A stretch of DNA of 63,422 nt, the filler included, from Reticulomyxa filosa (lineage: Eukaryota; Protista; Foraminifera): assembly GCA_000512085.1 (NCBI GenBank). It is 26 parts of 26 records of this genome, joined end to end, with 100 filler letters (N's around TTAATTAATTAA, not from the genome) between each part and the next. Parts side by side here need not be neighbours in the genome. Positions count along the whole stretch, not along the records: positions 22,938 to 24,052 come from ASPP01016289.1; positions 24,153 to 25,938 come from ASPP01036304.1; positions 26,039 to 27,084 come from ASPP01001389.1; positions 27,185 to 28,251 come from ASPP01044996.1; positions 28,352 to 29,559 come from ASPP01006312.1; positions 29,660 to 33,627 come from ASPP01019530.1; positions 33,728 to 35,219 come from ASPP01024275.1; positions 35,320 to 39,035 come from ASPP01027162.1; 18 more parts are not named here. One strand, written 5' to 3'. Position numbers and translations under genes: made by a program. Under the pieces are notes generated by a model. It had not been told where the DNA came from and made no database searches. It saw only the letters and a program-made list of their open reading frames with translations. This document shows, in pieces, positions 24,016-36,483 of the stretch. Every line of letters starts with the position of its first letter. The first letter of the stretch is position 1.

Positions 24016-26039
24016 GTTACAAACTATTCACATTACATATTAATATATATATNNNNNNNNNNNNNNNNNNNNNNNNNNNNNNNNNNNNNNNNNNNNTTAA
24101 TTAATTAANNNNNNNNNNNNNNNNNNNNNNNNNNNNNNNNNNNNNNNNNNNNGTATTGAAAAATTTTTAATTTGAATCAATACCACTTACTTTCGGATGT
24201 GATTATAATTATTTTTTATTTTTAAAATCAAATTATTATGGTATGGTAATGTTAAATCATCAATATACATTTTATGTTGTGTACATTCTCTTTGTGACAC
24301 CACATTGTATTTTATCTTTTGCATACATCACTCTTGTTTTACTTGAATACGAGAGGAAAAAACGATAACAACTACCTAAGTCACCATTTAAAAAGGAAAA
24401 TTTGTAGCATAGAAAAAGTGAATAATTTTGTTTGTCCACATTATTATATCTGCATGAATAAATTGTTTTTTGTTGCAATTGAATTTCCATTTGATACAAT
24501 AGCAATGATGACAAAAATAACGCAAAAAAAATGACAATGCAAAACAAATCATCTATTTCTTTTGTGTTTTTTCGTTTGCGTCCAATAAACCTAGATTTTT
24601 TTTTACTAAAAATATTTTTCAAAATACTCTTCATGATAATAAAAAACACTTTTCGAATTAGAATAAATAAATAGGTGCAAAAATTTTTAAACAAAACGTA
24701 AATGATTTTATAATATGAGAATTGAATTTTCCAAAGAAACAAAAAGCTATTTTTTTTTTATTTCGTTTTGCATGTTTTGACGAAATTACTTTCCCAACTA
24801 CAAAAAAGACTAGGTAACGAAAAGAGAGTTTTCTGGTTTCCTCTACTGGTTATTGTTTTTTAAGTTTTGTAGCCAGTTCTATCATTATCTAATAATTAAC
24901 TATTATTAGCGTGATTTTTGCAATTTTAATTCACAAAAAGTAAATAATATTCCCGTTTTCTTGTTCTTATTCAAAGTAAAATATTGAATGTGTATTTTAT
25001 TTGTGTAAACCTTGTTACAATATCAAAATGACGAGTAAGCTACTCACACATTGGATCTTTCTCTGGTGTGCAATATTCAAAAGCCTTTGCACAAAAACTT
25101 TGACATCAATAAACAAAAATACTTTGCATAATTTACTGACATAAACAAAAATATCAGCAGCATTCAAGAGAACAAAAATAAAATGCAAATCTAAGCATAT
25201 TCTAGCGATTCTTTTTGAACCAGCACTGTGAAAGGCTAGGATAGTGTTGCTTTGGTAGGTTATAGGAATTTATCATCAATAAACTGTTTGCCAAACTGAT
25301 TGTGGGAATTGCTGTTTCAAAACAAGTGTTTGAGTTTTTGTCAATCTTTTTTTCATACTATTCTTTGAAAGTGAAAGACTTATTAGTCCTCAGAATGCAG
25401 AAAAAAAATTTAAATTATTTTAAAGCAAAAAAAGAGCAAGATAAAATGGTGTCCAAGGCGTAGATAATGTACTAAGACAATAAAGTCGAATAGTTTTGCT
25501 CACTCCTTCAAACAGGAAGAAAACAATTTATGCAATCAATATCAATTACTTAAAAGAAAGACGTTCTCAAAAAAATAATTTGGATATTTTGATATTGATT
25601 TATAATTAGATAATGAATATAAATATTCTTTTGAACAACTTGTTATAGTACAATATGGAATCATTCCATTCATGCAAATCTTATTTATGTTTTAATCAAA
25701 TATAAGTGTAAAAGAAATATCAATAAAATGTCGATACTAATAACAAATTTAGTAAATTTTATCAAAACTCTATCACCAGGGGAAGAAACATTAACAAAAA
25801 AAGAATATTTTATAATTTGTTTAGAAATTTTCTTAAAATAAAAAATGTATTGCATATAAGATAGTTATTATGATATATGTTATTTCTCTTTGTCAATGGT
25901 ATTATATATTTTACTTAGTGCTAAATTTGTTATATAAGNNNNNNNNNNNNNNNNNNNNNNNNNNNNNNNNNNNNNNNNNNNNTTAATTAATTAANNNNNN
26001 NNNNNNNNNNNNNNNNNNNNNNNNNNNNNNNNNNNNNNC

Positions 26040-26156
26040 AGTGACAGTAGCAGCAGTAGTAGCAGCGATAGCAGTAGTAGCAACGACAGCAGCGACAGCG
26101 ATAACAGTAACAGCAATGAATCTAATTCTTGGAGAGCACCACAGTGGCACCATTAA
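26040..26156 (+). CDS. Ser/Asp-rich C-terminus of an unknown protein
   Basis: SDSSSSSSSDSSSSNDSSDSDNSNSNESNSWRAPQWHH*, followed by an AT-rich 3' region. Confidence 0.5.
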   Translation, partial: SDSSSSSSSDSSSSNDSSDSDNSNSNESNSWRAPQWHH

Positions 26157-27229
26157 TCGGGTTTTATTGAAAGTAAATGTCATTTAATTTTTGTAAATAA
26201 ATAAATGGATAGAATTTATGGTTATATATATATTTGTATTTTTAGTGTTTGAAAAGATTTAATCTTTTGCTTGCAGATTTTTTCGTTTTTAAATTTATGC
26301 AAATTCTTATTTATAGTTTGTTTTTCTCCGAAATCTCTTTCAGTCTAACATTTATACATGATTTTTAAAAAATTAAGTTTAAATGTTGTTTTTAATATAG
26401 TTTTGGTTTTTAATTCCATTTTCCCAAAAATTTTTTAAAATCAATCAAATATTCAAATTTTTGTAAACAATTAGGAAGAAGTGACAGTCGTCCGTGTATC
26501 GTAACCATAAAATTGCCAATTTTTTAAGCTTTTTCAAAAAATATTCTGTAATAAATTTTTTGTATAAATTTATTAAACTTCTTTTTGTCGTTTCGGTTGC
26601 GAGGTGGTAGCTGACGGTCACTTTGACTTGAACAAAATAATACGAAATATTGCCACCTACGACTTTCAATAAACATATTAATTAAATCAAAGAATAACAA
26701 GAAGACCGAGAAGTTTAGAAAAGGAGTTTCAAGATTCACTTCAACCTTGGCATAAAATAGTAAGTAAGTCCTTATCCTGCACGGCTGTAATTTTCTTGTT
26801 TTTGAAAAAATTGTGAACGAAAGTCAGAAAAATACTTAAACTTTAAAAAGAAGACTAAATTAAAAATCACACTAATTATTAACTTTTGGAAAGAAAGAAC
26901 TAAAAAAGAATGTTGGACAAAAGTATGGACGTGACTCGGTATTATTTGGCGTTTGAGCTTAGAAAATTTGAGACAACGTTTTGTGTTTATGTTTTTGTGT
27001 ACAGTGTGTTAAAGAACACGTATTTATGTGTATGTACATATGTATACATGTACTAATATAAATAATATATACGTGTATATATATNNNNNNNNNNNNNNNN
27101 NNNNNNNNNNNNNNNNNNNNNNNNNNNNTTAATTAATTAANNNNNNNNNNNNNNNNNNNNNNNNNNNNNNNNNNNNNNNNNNNNCTTTTTGATAATAAGG
27201 AATTTTACCAAAATTTAATCAAAGTACAC

Positions 27230-27500
27230 AATATGATGCATATATTTGTGCTTAGTTTTCACAGATGGTAAATGATTATTTTATGCTCTGATGATGAATT
27301 AATACGATTATGTAATGTAATATTGGGAAAAAATTTAAAAAGGTTTCAAGGAAATTCAAGCAATTTCTATTTATCATCAGGAAATAAGTTATTTTTGATG
27401 GAATGTAAAGTCTGTGAAGAGCTTAAAACATTTAAACCCAAATATACAATTTCATTTTTTTCCAATGGTAAACAAGTTACATTTGGAGATATTACTGTTA
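27230..27500 (+). pseudogene. Highly degraded WD40-repeat remnant
   Basis: IILCSDDELIRLCNVILGKNLKRFQG resembles a WD40 SxDxTIRLWD..G..L..F.GH unit with key residues lost. Confidence 0.5.
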
Positions 27501-27680
27501 TGGAATTGAATTTGGCACGCCATTCTGTTTTAGACGAGCAAACTTTGTTATTTGTTTTGATTGTTATCCTTTTTTTTATATATTTTGAAAATACTTAAAA
27601 ATTAGTAAATTGCATGATTATGAAATAATTGAACTATATTTAAAGATTTTAATCATGCTTCTTCAAAATTTATCTTATCT

Positions 27681-28200
27681 AATGCATTTTATAATAATTT
27701 TATCAAAATTATTGATCCATTCGAATCCAACGTTGAGTAATACATTTTATTTCATTTTTGACTCTTGTCCTCCAATAATGTGTATATAATTGTCTTCTTC
27801 ACTCAATGTTGCAACACAATCACTCAATGTACTGGGTAAAGTGTTTTCAAATGCCATCCATTTGTTTTCTCGAACTGAATATATTTGCACTAATTTTGAC
27901 CAAAGAATAAGATTACATCGTTGATAAGCACATATGCATAGCAATCCAATGATGCAATATCCTTTCAAACAGGTAGTTGCTGAAATTGAAAAGTGTTGTT
28001 ATCTTTATCATATTCAATTGATAATCCTGTATTCTGTTTAAACAACAGCATTTTATAATTTTTTATTTTTTTGATTTGTTTTCATCATTTCTTGTCCATT
28101 TTTTGACTTTGACTCCAATGGTGTTAATTTTCATTATATACAAGCATTTTTGAAACAAAAAAAATATGTTTATCGGAAGAGGTAATATGCCAAAATAGGA
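27681..28200 (-). pseudogene. Kelch-motif family pseudogene
   Basis: MLLFKQNTGLSIEYDKDNNTFQFQQLPV*KDIA..YAYVLINDVILFFG / YSVRENKWMAFENTLPSTLSDCVATLSEEDNYIHIIGG / EIKCITQRWIR..WINNFDKIIIKC, with a stop, frameshifts and deletions. Confidence 0.75.
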
Positions 28201-28351
28201 ATATTTGGAAAAATGTTTTATTGAAATTAAAGGATTTTATAATGGATTTTTNNNNNNNNNNNNNNNNNNNNNNNNNNNNNNNNNNNNNNNNNNNNTTAAT
28301 TAATTAANNNNNNNNNNNNNNNNNNNNNNNNNNNNNNNNNNNNNNNNNNNN

Positions 28352-29432
28352 TGTTCAGCATGTCCACCATGCGCTTGTGCGCGGCGTCACGACCGGTCAG
28401 GATCTTGCCGTTCAGCAGCAGCACGTCGCCCGGCTGCCAGCTGGCGACTTCGTCCGGGGTGATATTGTCGAGGTCGACACGCTTGCCATTGGAGGCGTCG
28501 TAGGTGATTTCCGGCCAGTCTTCCAGGCTCGGCGGGTCCAGACGGGCCGGGCCGTTGCCGTCCAGGTGGAAATGCACGTGGCGGGTGGCGGCACAGTTGG
28601 GGATCATGGCAACCGGCAGGCTGGCGGCGTGGGTCGGGTAATCCAGGATCTTCACGTCCAGCACGGTGGTCAGGCCGCCCAGGCCTTGCGCGCCGATGCC
28701 CAGCGCGTTCACTTTTTCGAAGATTTCCAGGCGCAGCTGCTCCACGCGGCTCAGCTCGGCACCGCTGGCAGCCTTGGCTTTCAGCTCGTGGATGTCCACG
28801 TGGTCCATCAGCGACTCTTTGGCCAGCAGCATGGCCTTTTCCGGGGTACCACCAATGCCGATACCGAGGATGCCCGGCGGACACCAGCCAGCACCCATGG
28901 TCGGCACGGTTTTCACGACCCAGTCGACGATGCTGTCGGACGGGTTCAGCGCGTAGAACTTGGACTTGTTCTCGGAACCGCCGCCTTTGGCGGCACAGAT
29001 CACTTCCACGCCGTCGCCTTCGACGATCTCGAAGTGCACCACGGCCGGGGTGTTGTCCTTGGAGTTCTGGCGCTTGCCCGCCGGGTCCAGCAGCACGGAG
29101 GCGCGCAGCTTGTTATCCGGGTTGTTGTAGGCGCGACGTACGCCCTCGTTCACCATTTCCTGTACCGACAGGGTGCTGTCCCACTGCACCTTCATGCCCA
29201 CTTTCAGGAACACCACGGCGATACCGGTATCCTGGCAGATCGGGCGGCGGCCTTCGGCACACATGCGGCTGTTGATCAGGATCTGCGCCATGGCGTCTTT
29301 GGCAGCCGGGCTTTCCTCGTGCAGGTAGGCCTGGTACAGCGCCTCGATATAGTCTTTCGGGTGGTAGCAGCTGATGTACTGGAAGGCATCGGCAATGCTC
29401 TGGATGAAGTCGTCCTGACGGATGATGGTCAT
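28352..29432 (-). CDS. fumA: Bacterial class I (Fe-S) fumarate hydratase, 3' truncated
   Basis: High-GC intronless contig with GGAG RBS. Motifs ICQDTG, KGGGSENKS, GAGWCPPG, GIGAQGLGG, PTHAASLPVA, CAATRH, GRDAAHKR. Betaproteobacteria-like (inference). Confidence 0.95.
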
Positions 29433-29659
29433 TATTGGGTTCTCCAGCGTAGGGGCTGTGTTGGGTTTGCCGCGCTATTTTAGGCGTTTCGCCCCCTGGC
29501 CGAAAGGCGCATTGCTGCAACGCGGGAACATAAAACCCGAACAATGCAAAACCGCCGGCNNNNNNNNNNNNNNNNNNNNNNNNNNNNNNNNNNNNNNNNN
29601 NNNTTAATTAATTAANNNNNNNNNNNNNNNNNNNNNNNNNNNNNNNNNNNNNNNNNNNN

Positions 29660-30420
29660 CGGTGTGTCGCAGATTGGAAGACACGATATCACTGTTGAAG
29701 CTGTCGTGTAAAAAAGAAGGAGTCTTTTTTTTTGAAATAGTAAGCCCTTTTTTGCAGTCGCACGACCTTCCTTGTCGGATCTGTGATTTGGCATCTGCTG
29801 ATCTCATCGAAACAACTGAACATGTTGCACACGTCTTGGTCGATCCATGATAATAGCATATTCCATATGCAAAGGCTTTTGCAGTTGTTTAGCATCACGT
29901 GCACTCGTTTCAATTGGCTTGTCTTGCTTCGCTGCTGTTGCTGTGCTTTCAAGCTTTCCAATCGCTTTAGCTGTTTCTTTGTTGACTGTTGGCTGTACCA
30001 TATCTTGTGTATCTCTCCTTTCTTTATTATCTTTGGTGTTCCCTTCTTCCAAGGGATTTTTATACTGTTCTTTTTTGTTATCAATTTGTCAATGTCTGCT
30101 TTCATTTCTTCTCTTTGTTGTTGTCCTTCTTCTTCCTTTTCCTTGCTTTGGGTTTCTTTGAGGTCATCATTGTTCTCAATCACTGTGCTCGCCTTTGTGT
30201 TCTTATCGTTCCTACTTTCCCTCTCGTTTTTTGTTTCCAGATAGCTGTCAAACACTTCTTCTAATGCCTTGTTCACCAACGCGTTTTGGTACTCTTTTTC
30301 AATGTCATTATGACGCTCTGCTGAAGCGGCTTTTGCCATATGACCACATTGAACACGTTTCTTTATGTGTCCTTTTCGCAGATGAAAAAAAAAAACAAGT
30401 TTGAACGGCCCTTTTCATTC
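29660..30420 (-). mobile_element. Possible degraded non-LTR retrotransposon (ORF1 knuckle remnant to APE-endonuclease start)
   Basis: VQTCF..KGHIKKRVQCGHMAKA resembles decayed CCHC knuckles. After a charged linker, VHVMLNNCKSL..LLSWIDQ and frameshifted HRSDKEGRATAKKGL resemble APE N-terminal motifs. Weak, by eye only. Confidence 0.35.
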
Positions 30421-33400
30421 GAACTGTAATGAGCTTAGTTGATATCAAGAAAAGTGACTTGGAGGCGCTTTGAATCTTTTTGAAGAAATATTATATCTAT
30501 AATCAACACAAAGATGCACGATCCGCTTTACATAAACGAATTTACAAACAGTTTCTGTTTAATCTTTTAGCGATTTGACTTTTCGATTGGTACGATGCAT
30601 ACATTCGCTAACAAAAATAATGTACAATAATCTATCCCTTGGTGGAGAAACATGAAAATTTGGCCTTCAATGTTAAGATTAAAAAAATCTCGACCACAAT
30701 AAAAAAAACCAGAGAAATCGATCACACTTAATTTCTCGAACAAAAAAAACAATGAAGATAACAGTGTTTGAAAATAAACATATTTGTCATCAACCATGAA
30801 AAATAGCAAACAAAGAAGCCGGCATTAATTAATAAAAAAAGAAACAAAAAAAAAAAAGTAGTTTTTGTTGATTTGTATCAGCTCTGTCATGTTCATCTTG
30901 CAAAGAACAATGGAAAAAATTCTGAAGGATAAGACTGTGTGACAAGAGTGGAAGCAGCTCTATTGGATGTTCGACGATATTTTTTATTGGAAGGGAGGAA
31001 TCCATGGATATTGGAATTTTCTTATCAATGGACATTTTTCCACTCTTCTTAGTGATATTCATTGGACTCAAAGTCATAGGTGCCATCGTGATAAAAAAAT
31101 TCGCATGAACGAGCATCCAGTTCTCCCATATATTGTTGGCAGTCTTGTTTTCTTTTCAAATTTTTTGTTGATAGAAGGATAATTTTTTGAAAAAGAGTTG
31201 CGAGAGTCATGGATGGTGCTTATTTGCAAGATCTTCGCATGTCATATCTTTTTGTGTTTAGAATTGAGATATAATTTTACTGCCCATTTTGGTTGAGTCC
31301 AATTCCCTTTTTTTCAACCTTTTTTGTGTTTGCTATTTTTATTGTTGTTGTACTGTCCATCGACATCATCACGAGGCCCATTATTCGTTTTGGCTCTGAC
31401 TTTTATTATTCTTTTCTTTACTTTCATTTTCACTGCATTTATACTATTTATCTCCAAGGCCTCATAGCCAGCTACCATCATTTCATTGATTTGTAAAAGT
31501 GAGTTATTTAGACGGATTGTCCCATCTTATCTCTTCTACCTCTTCATGTCAAAGGTATCAATTTTACCTTCGCTATTGCTATCTCAGCACGTTTCATTTC
31601 AGGTGAAGGTCTCATACAAGTGATTCAGCACTTGCACTTGTGATAATACCAAATTACACATACACATACAAGCAAAATATTTAAAATGAGTTATGTGTGA
31701 ATGTGTTTGCAAATCCCAAGATATGACTCTCAACTTCTTTTATTTCACTTTATTTCTTTTTTTTTTAAAAAAAAAGATATTGAAAAATATTTTTTAAAAA
31801 AACATGATGTTTTGTTCAAAAACTGGTGATTGTGCAAGGACATGATAAAATAACATTTGTAACCAAATGGCTCGAACAGCATCACGATATCTCAATACCT
31901 TTCAATCGTCGAAATTTCCTCAATTTTTTTAAGCAATGCAAAATTGTTGTTGTCTGCTGCAGGTGCAGATGCAGTTGGGTATCTACATCGTTGGGTTGTT
32001 TCCATTTGTTATGTTATTTTTGAAGATTCGCGCTATCAAAGGTAATCATTGATCACCAAGAAAATACACAAACACATACGCAAACCTTTTTCAAAAATCT
32101 TTCAATCAAAGCAAAATAGCCTTCTGTCCAATCTTTTTGACATTTTTTCAACACTGTTTTTTTTTTTTCAATTTCTTCACTATCATTCTGTGACATTGGT
32201 CAGAGGCTTTAATTTTTTTGATAAAATTCGTGTAATAAACTTGCAACTTTAAATACAATTCACCACTTTTGTTTACTTGGCTTTCACTACAGAAACAAGC
32301 TAAGAAGAAAAAAGATGAACTTGAATTGTTGCCTTATTTTGTCAGTTTCACTGGCTAAAATAATTTTATGATCAATTATAACCAGACCAGCAGTAGCGCT
32401 TTTCAAATACAAAGTTTTTTCGAATTCGCGCAATTGTGAACGTGGAAACTTTATCCAACGAAAAAATTCCGCCAAACCAAAAAATAATGTGCTTTAGATG
32501 TTACCTTCATAAAGCTAATATTCAATCATTGAAGAAAAGAAATTCTTAAAGCTGAACTTTTAGGGATATTGATACCATGGTAATGCTTATTTCGGTAACA
32601 TTCTAAAAGGATTAGTCGATGATTTCAATGAATTTGTCTCTACTATATTTTCATGACTGCTTTCACTTTTTATGAAATTTGCTAACAGATGTCTATCAAA
32701 TGCCTGTCCAAATAAGTTTTGGATACAGAACATCAAGTAATACAACAAATATCCATCAAAATAGTATATTAAGAGACTGTGCTAAGAACAAAACATTACA
32801 TTAAATGTATCACAGTAACGTACTTTTTTGTTGTATGTAACGTTTTACAAGTGGTTGTAACATTTCTTTGTATGATGTATAATCCTACTAAAATAGGACT
32901 TGACACACAAATTCTATTGTTAGAACTAAGAGTGAAAAACCTGTAAAATAATTAGTTGTACAAATTTCACATCTAAAAATTATTTCTGTTGTTGATACTC
33001 CATCTTCGATTCAGTGGCATAAGGGTTGATCACTCCAACAAAAAGTCTTGCAGCTCGTCCAAGTTGTTTCCTAAATATAAGAATATCTTTTTATTCATAT
33101 TTCTACGATATAAGTGTTGTTGATCAATTGTTCCAAGCGCTTGTACGATAGAACAAAGTCCATATTCAATTTAACATATTTCTGGTCACTTTTTTCCCAA
33201 GTTTTTTCTGCCAGTTATAACTGACAATCATCATGAAAGGGCGTTTTTTCTTTTTCGGCAGCTGTTGCATTTTGCAGAGGAGAGCATTGGTGAAGGAACT
33301 CTCAAGAGCGAGTTCCATGTTGTAGAAGTTTACTTTGTTAGGTTGTTTAAAGAGAAGAGCCAAAACCACAGTTGTAATGTACAAGAGAGTTTTTTCTAAA

Positions 33401-34912
33401 AAGGGAAAGCTTTTTCTCTTCGACAGAAAAATTGTCACTCAGGCAAAATAGTTAATCATTCAAAAAAGACATCACTTCCAAAATAATATTCTAATAAAAT
33501 ATACTTTGAAATTAATTAATTGACATGATCTTTTTTTAACATAAAAAAAAAAAATCCCATAAAATGAACTGATGAAAAAATTGAAAATAAAATTTATAAA
33601 AAAAAACTTTTCATAATTTGCTTAAATNNNNNNNNNNNNNNNNNNNNNNNNNNNNNNNNNNNNNNNNNNNNTTAATTAATTAANNNNNNNNNNNNNNNNN
33701 NNNNNNNNNNNNNNNNNNNNNNNNNNNTTGGAAATGAGGCATGGAATCAGTTTTGTTCTATTTTTTTTTTTATAACTTAATTTCAGCAAATATAAAAAAA
33801 AAAATTTAATTAAAAAAAAAAAAAGATATAATTATTAGAACAATGTTTCATATCTAAAGTGATGTAAGAGAGTAAAACGAAAAGAGACATGTTTTTACGA
33901 ATTGACTCTTTTCTTAAACTGTAACACAATCATTGTTTGTTTTATTCTTTTTCAAATAATTCATCATTTTATTCATAAACAATTTTTATTTAAATAGTAA
34001 CACGATCCATTCTGTTTAAAAAAGAAAAACTCATTTTTTTTTTCCAGCAAGAAAACAAAACGCAAACTTTGTTTTTTTTTGTCGTATTCACCCCTTTTTA
34101 ACTTTCAACCGCAAAATATATCAACATTTATCAGATAAAAGCATTGAAGTAATTTTGTTATTTGTTATTGGATTTGTTGTAACTACTGTCCAGAAACACT
34201 GCAACACTTTTTTTGTCGCTTCTTACCGTCATTTATTAAAAAAGGAATACCTGTGGAAAAAGAAAATTAATATATAATTTTAAAGATAGTAAAAAAAGTT
34301 ATAATTGACACTTTTTGAGAAAAGGTAATTGTTTCTTTGTTATGGCTAGTCATTTACGAATTGCAACATGTAGTGATAATTGATTAGATTAATTAACATT
34401 GTTGAATAAATATATTTTGTAATTTATGAAGATAAATATACTTTTTTTAGAATAAAATAATAAAAAGAACTGTATAAGAAACATATAAAGGAAAATAGAT
34501 ATTTGTACTTTTGAAAATTCACAACTTGCTAGGTCTAATACACTAGATAGTTCAAATGTAATATATGCAATCTCTTAATAATAAAGTTCGTTTTAGAATG
34601 TGAGTGTTATTATTACTATAACTATTAGTATATTGATAGTTACTTGCAATATAACTTATGTTGTTATTTCCACATATCTCAGCTAAGAGAAAGATCATAC
34701 TGTTGTTTGAGTCCATATCGGACAAATATGATAACACTGGTTTACGTGATATGATTTGACAAAAGACGAAAAAAAATTTTTGCTTGAAAGTTGGGTATTT
34801 CAGCTCCAAAAACACAGCACTTACGCTAAGTAATATGGGTTTCTTGAAAACAGCACAAAATTAGTAAACGCAAAGTGAAATAATATTCTCTACTTTCTTT
34901 TTTTTTTTAGAA

Positions 34913-35135
34913 TTACCATGCTGTGGCTTGAACTAGCCAACCATGCTCATTTTTGCGCATGATACTTTTTCGTACTTCATCGTACGCAAGAATTGCCAAT
35001 GAAAAGGGTAAGCCCGCCAACCACCAGACAAAGCGAACAGGACGCGTTGTAAAAATAATATTAAAAATAGGGATATAACTCAGCATTCCAGCCATTATGG
35101 TTTCACATAATATCGAATAATTCATAAATGAGTTT
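34913..35135 (-). CDS. P-type IIC ATPase (Na+/K+-ATPase alpha-like), last exon
   Basis: ETIMAGMLSYIP...PVRFVWWLAGLPFSLAILAYDEVRKSIMRKNEHGWLVQATAW* matches M9-M10 and the YDEVRK...GW tail. Confidence 0.9.
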
Positions 35136-36483
35136 CTATTTTATATAAAATGTTTGTAAATATGAATGATTTTAATTTTTAGATAATACTGTTTTTTTTT
35201 TTTTTTTGCCCCCCCCCCTNNNNNNNNNNNNNNNNNNNNNNNNNNNNNNNNNNNNNNNNNNNNTTAATTAATTAANNNNNNNNNNNNNNNNNNNNNNNNN
35301 NNNNNNNNNNNNNNNNNNNAATTTTTAAATCTTTTTGTTTTCATTTTAGGAATCTCCAAGTCAAGTAGATACTTTTAAAAAAAAGATTATGATTTTTCTC
35401 AAAGACTACGAATGATACAAGGCTAATCTTTTTTTTAAAAAGTAGATATTTTTTAAAAAAAAAATTAGGTCTAAATGTTGATTTTTCATGGAGAAAATCA
35501 ATTATCATCATATGATATCGTTTTATGCGTTTAGTTTTCTTTGAAACTTACTGTATATATCTAAAATTTTATGATATTATACTATATACACATAATTTCT
35601 TTTAAGCTAATTTCAAAAAATTATTTTTCACATTATTTTGATGTTAAAAAAAAAATTAAAATAAAATTATATTTTTCATTTTTTGTTAAATTTTTATGTT
35701 ATAATGTTGTCTATATTTATGGTAATACCACGACACAAATTAAACATTTGATTGTTGTTTTAATTGTTTTAGTTTAGTTAATGATAATTTGGTGATATGC
35801 TTTATGTTTTTATTATTTTGACGTTGTTGAATAAAGTTGGTTGAATATCATTTTTTGATTGTCAGCTAGTTATTGTTTGCTGTAATTTATCTAATTTTTT
35901 GATAAATGAATTTAACTTAAATTGAAATGAAAGACCCAAGATTATTTGTTTTTTGCTTAAAGTATTTTAACTTCAATAGCGAGAATATTTTATAAGTTTT
36001 CGTTTTTTTGGTTGAAAATGATAAGTTGAACTATCTTCTTGAATATTGCTTTCATCTATTGAGTATATGCTTTTTTTTTTTCTTTTGCTCCTTCGAAGAA
36101 CTTTCTCCGAACTATTCATAACGTTGTCGTTCCTTGTAATCATCAACTCGTCGCCGGTGTTAGTGATAATAGATTGATTGGGTCGATTCTATTTCAAAAG
36201 AAAAAAAAATTTCAATCAATAAAAAAACAATTTAACCGATTCAACCTGGTCTTTTTTTGAAGAATTGCTTTCATCATGGGAAGTGTCATTTGCATTATCA
36301 GTTTGCCGGGAATGTTCTTCATTCGTGCTACTCGCATTGGATTCTATAGTTTTGGATTCATCCTTTTCAAAATTATTGCGATCTATTTACAATGCAATCA
36401 AATCAACATAAAAAACACTTGTTATGTTTTATTTTTTATGACAAATACAATCCAAAAAATAATATGAGAAAGCATAGTCACAA

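Noticed and set aside
24153-25938. Coding or pseudogene content in AT-rich contigs (also 61988-63422, 48905-49850, 52259-52670)
   Set aside because: Only short or stop-riddled frames are present, with no motif I could assign.
26040-26156. Ser/Asp-rich tail as a biomineralisation protein
   Set aside because: Only 38 residues of low-complexity sequence are visible, which cannot support a function.
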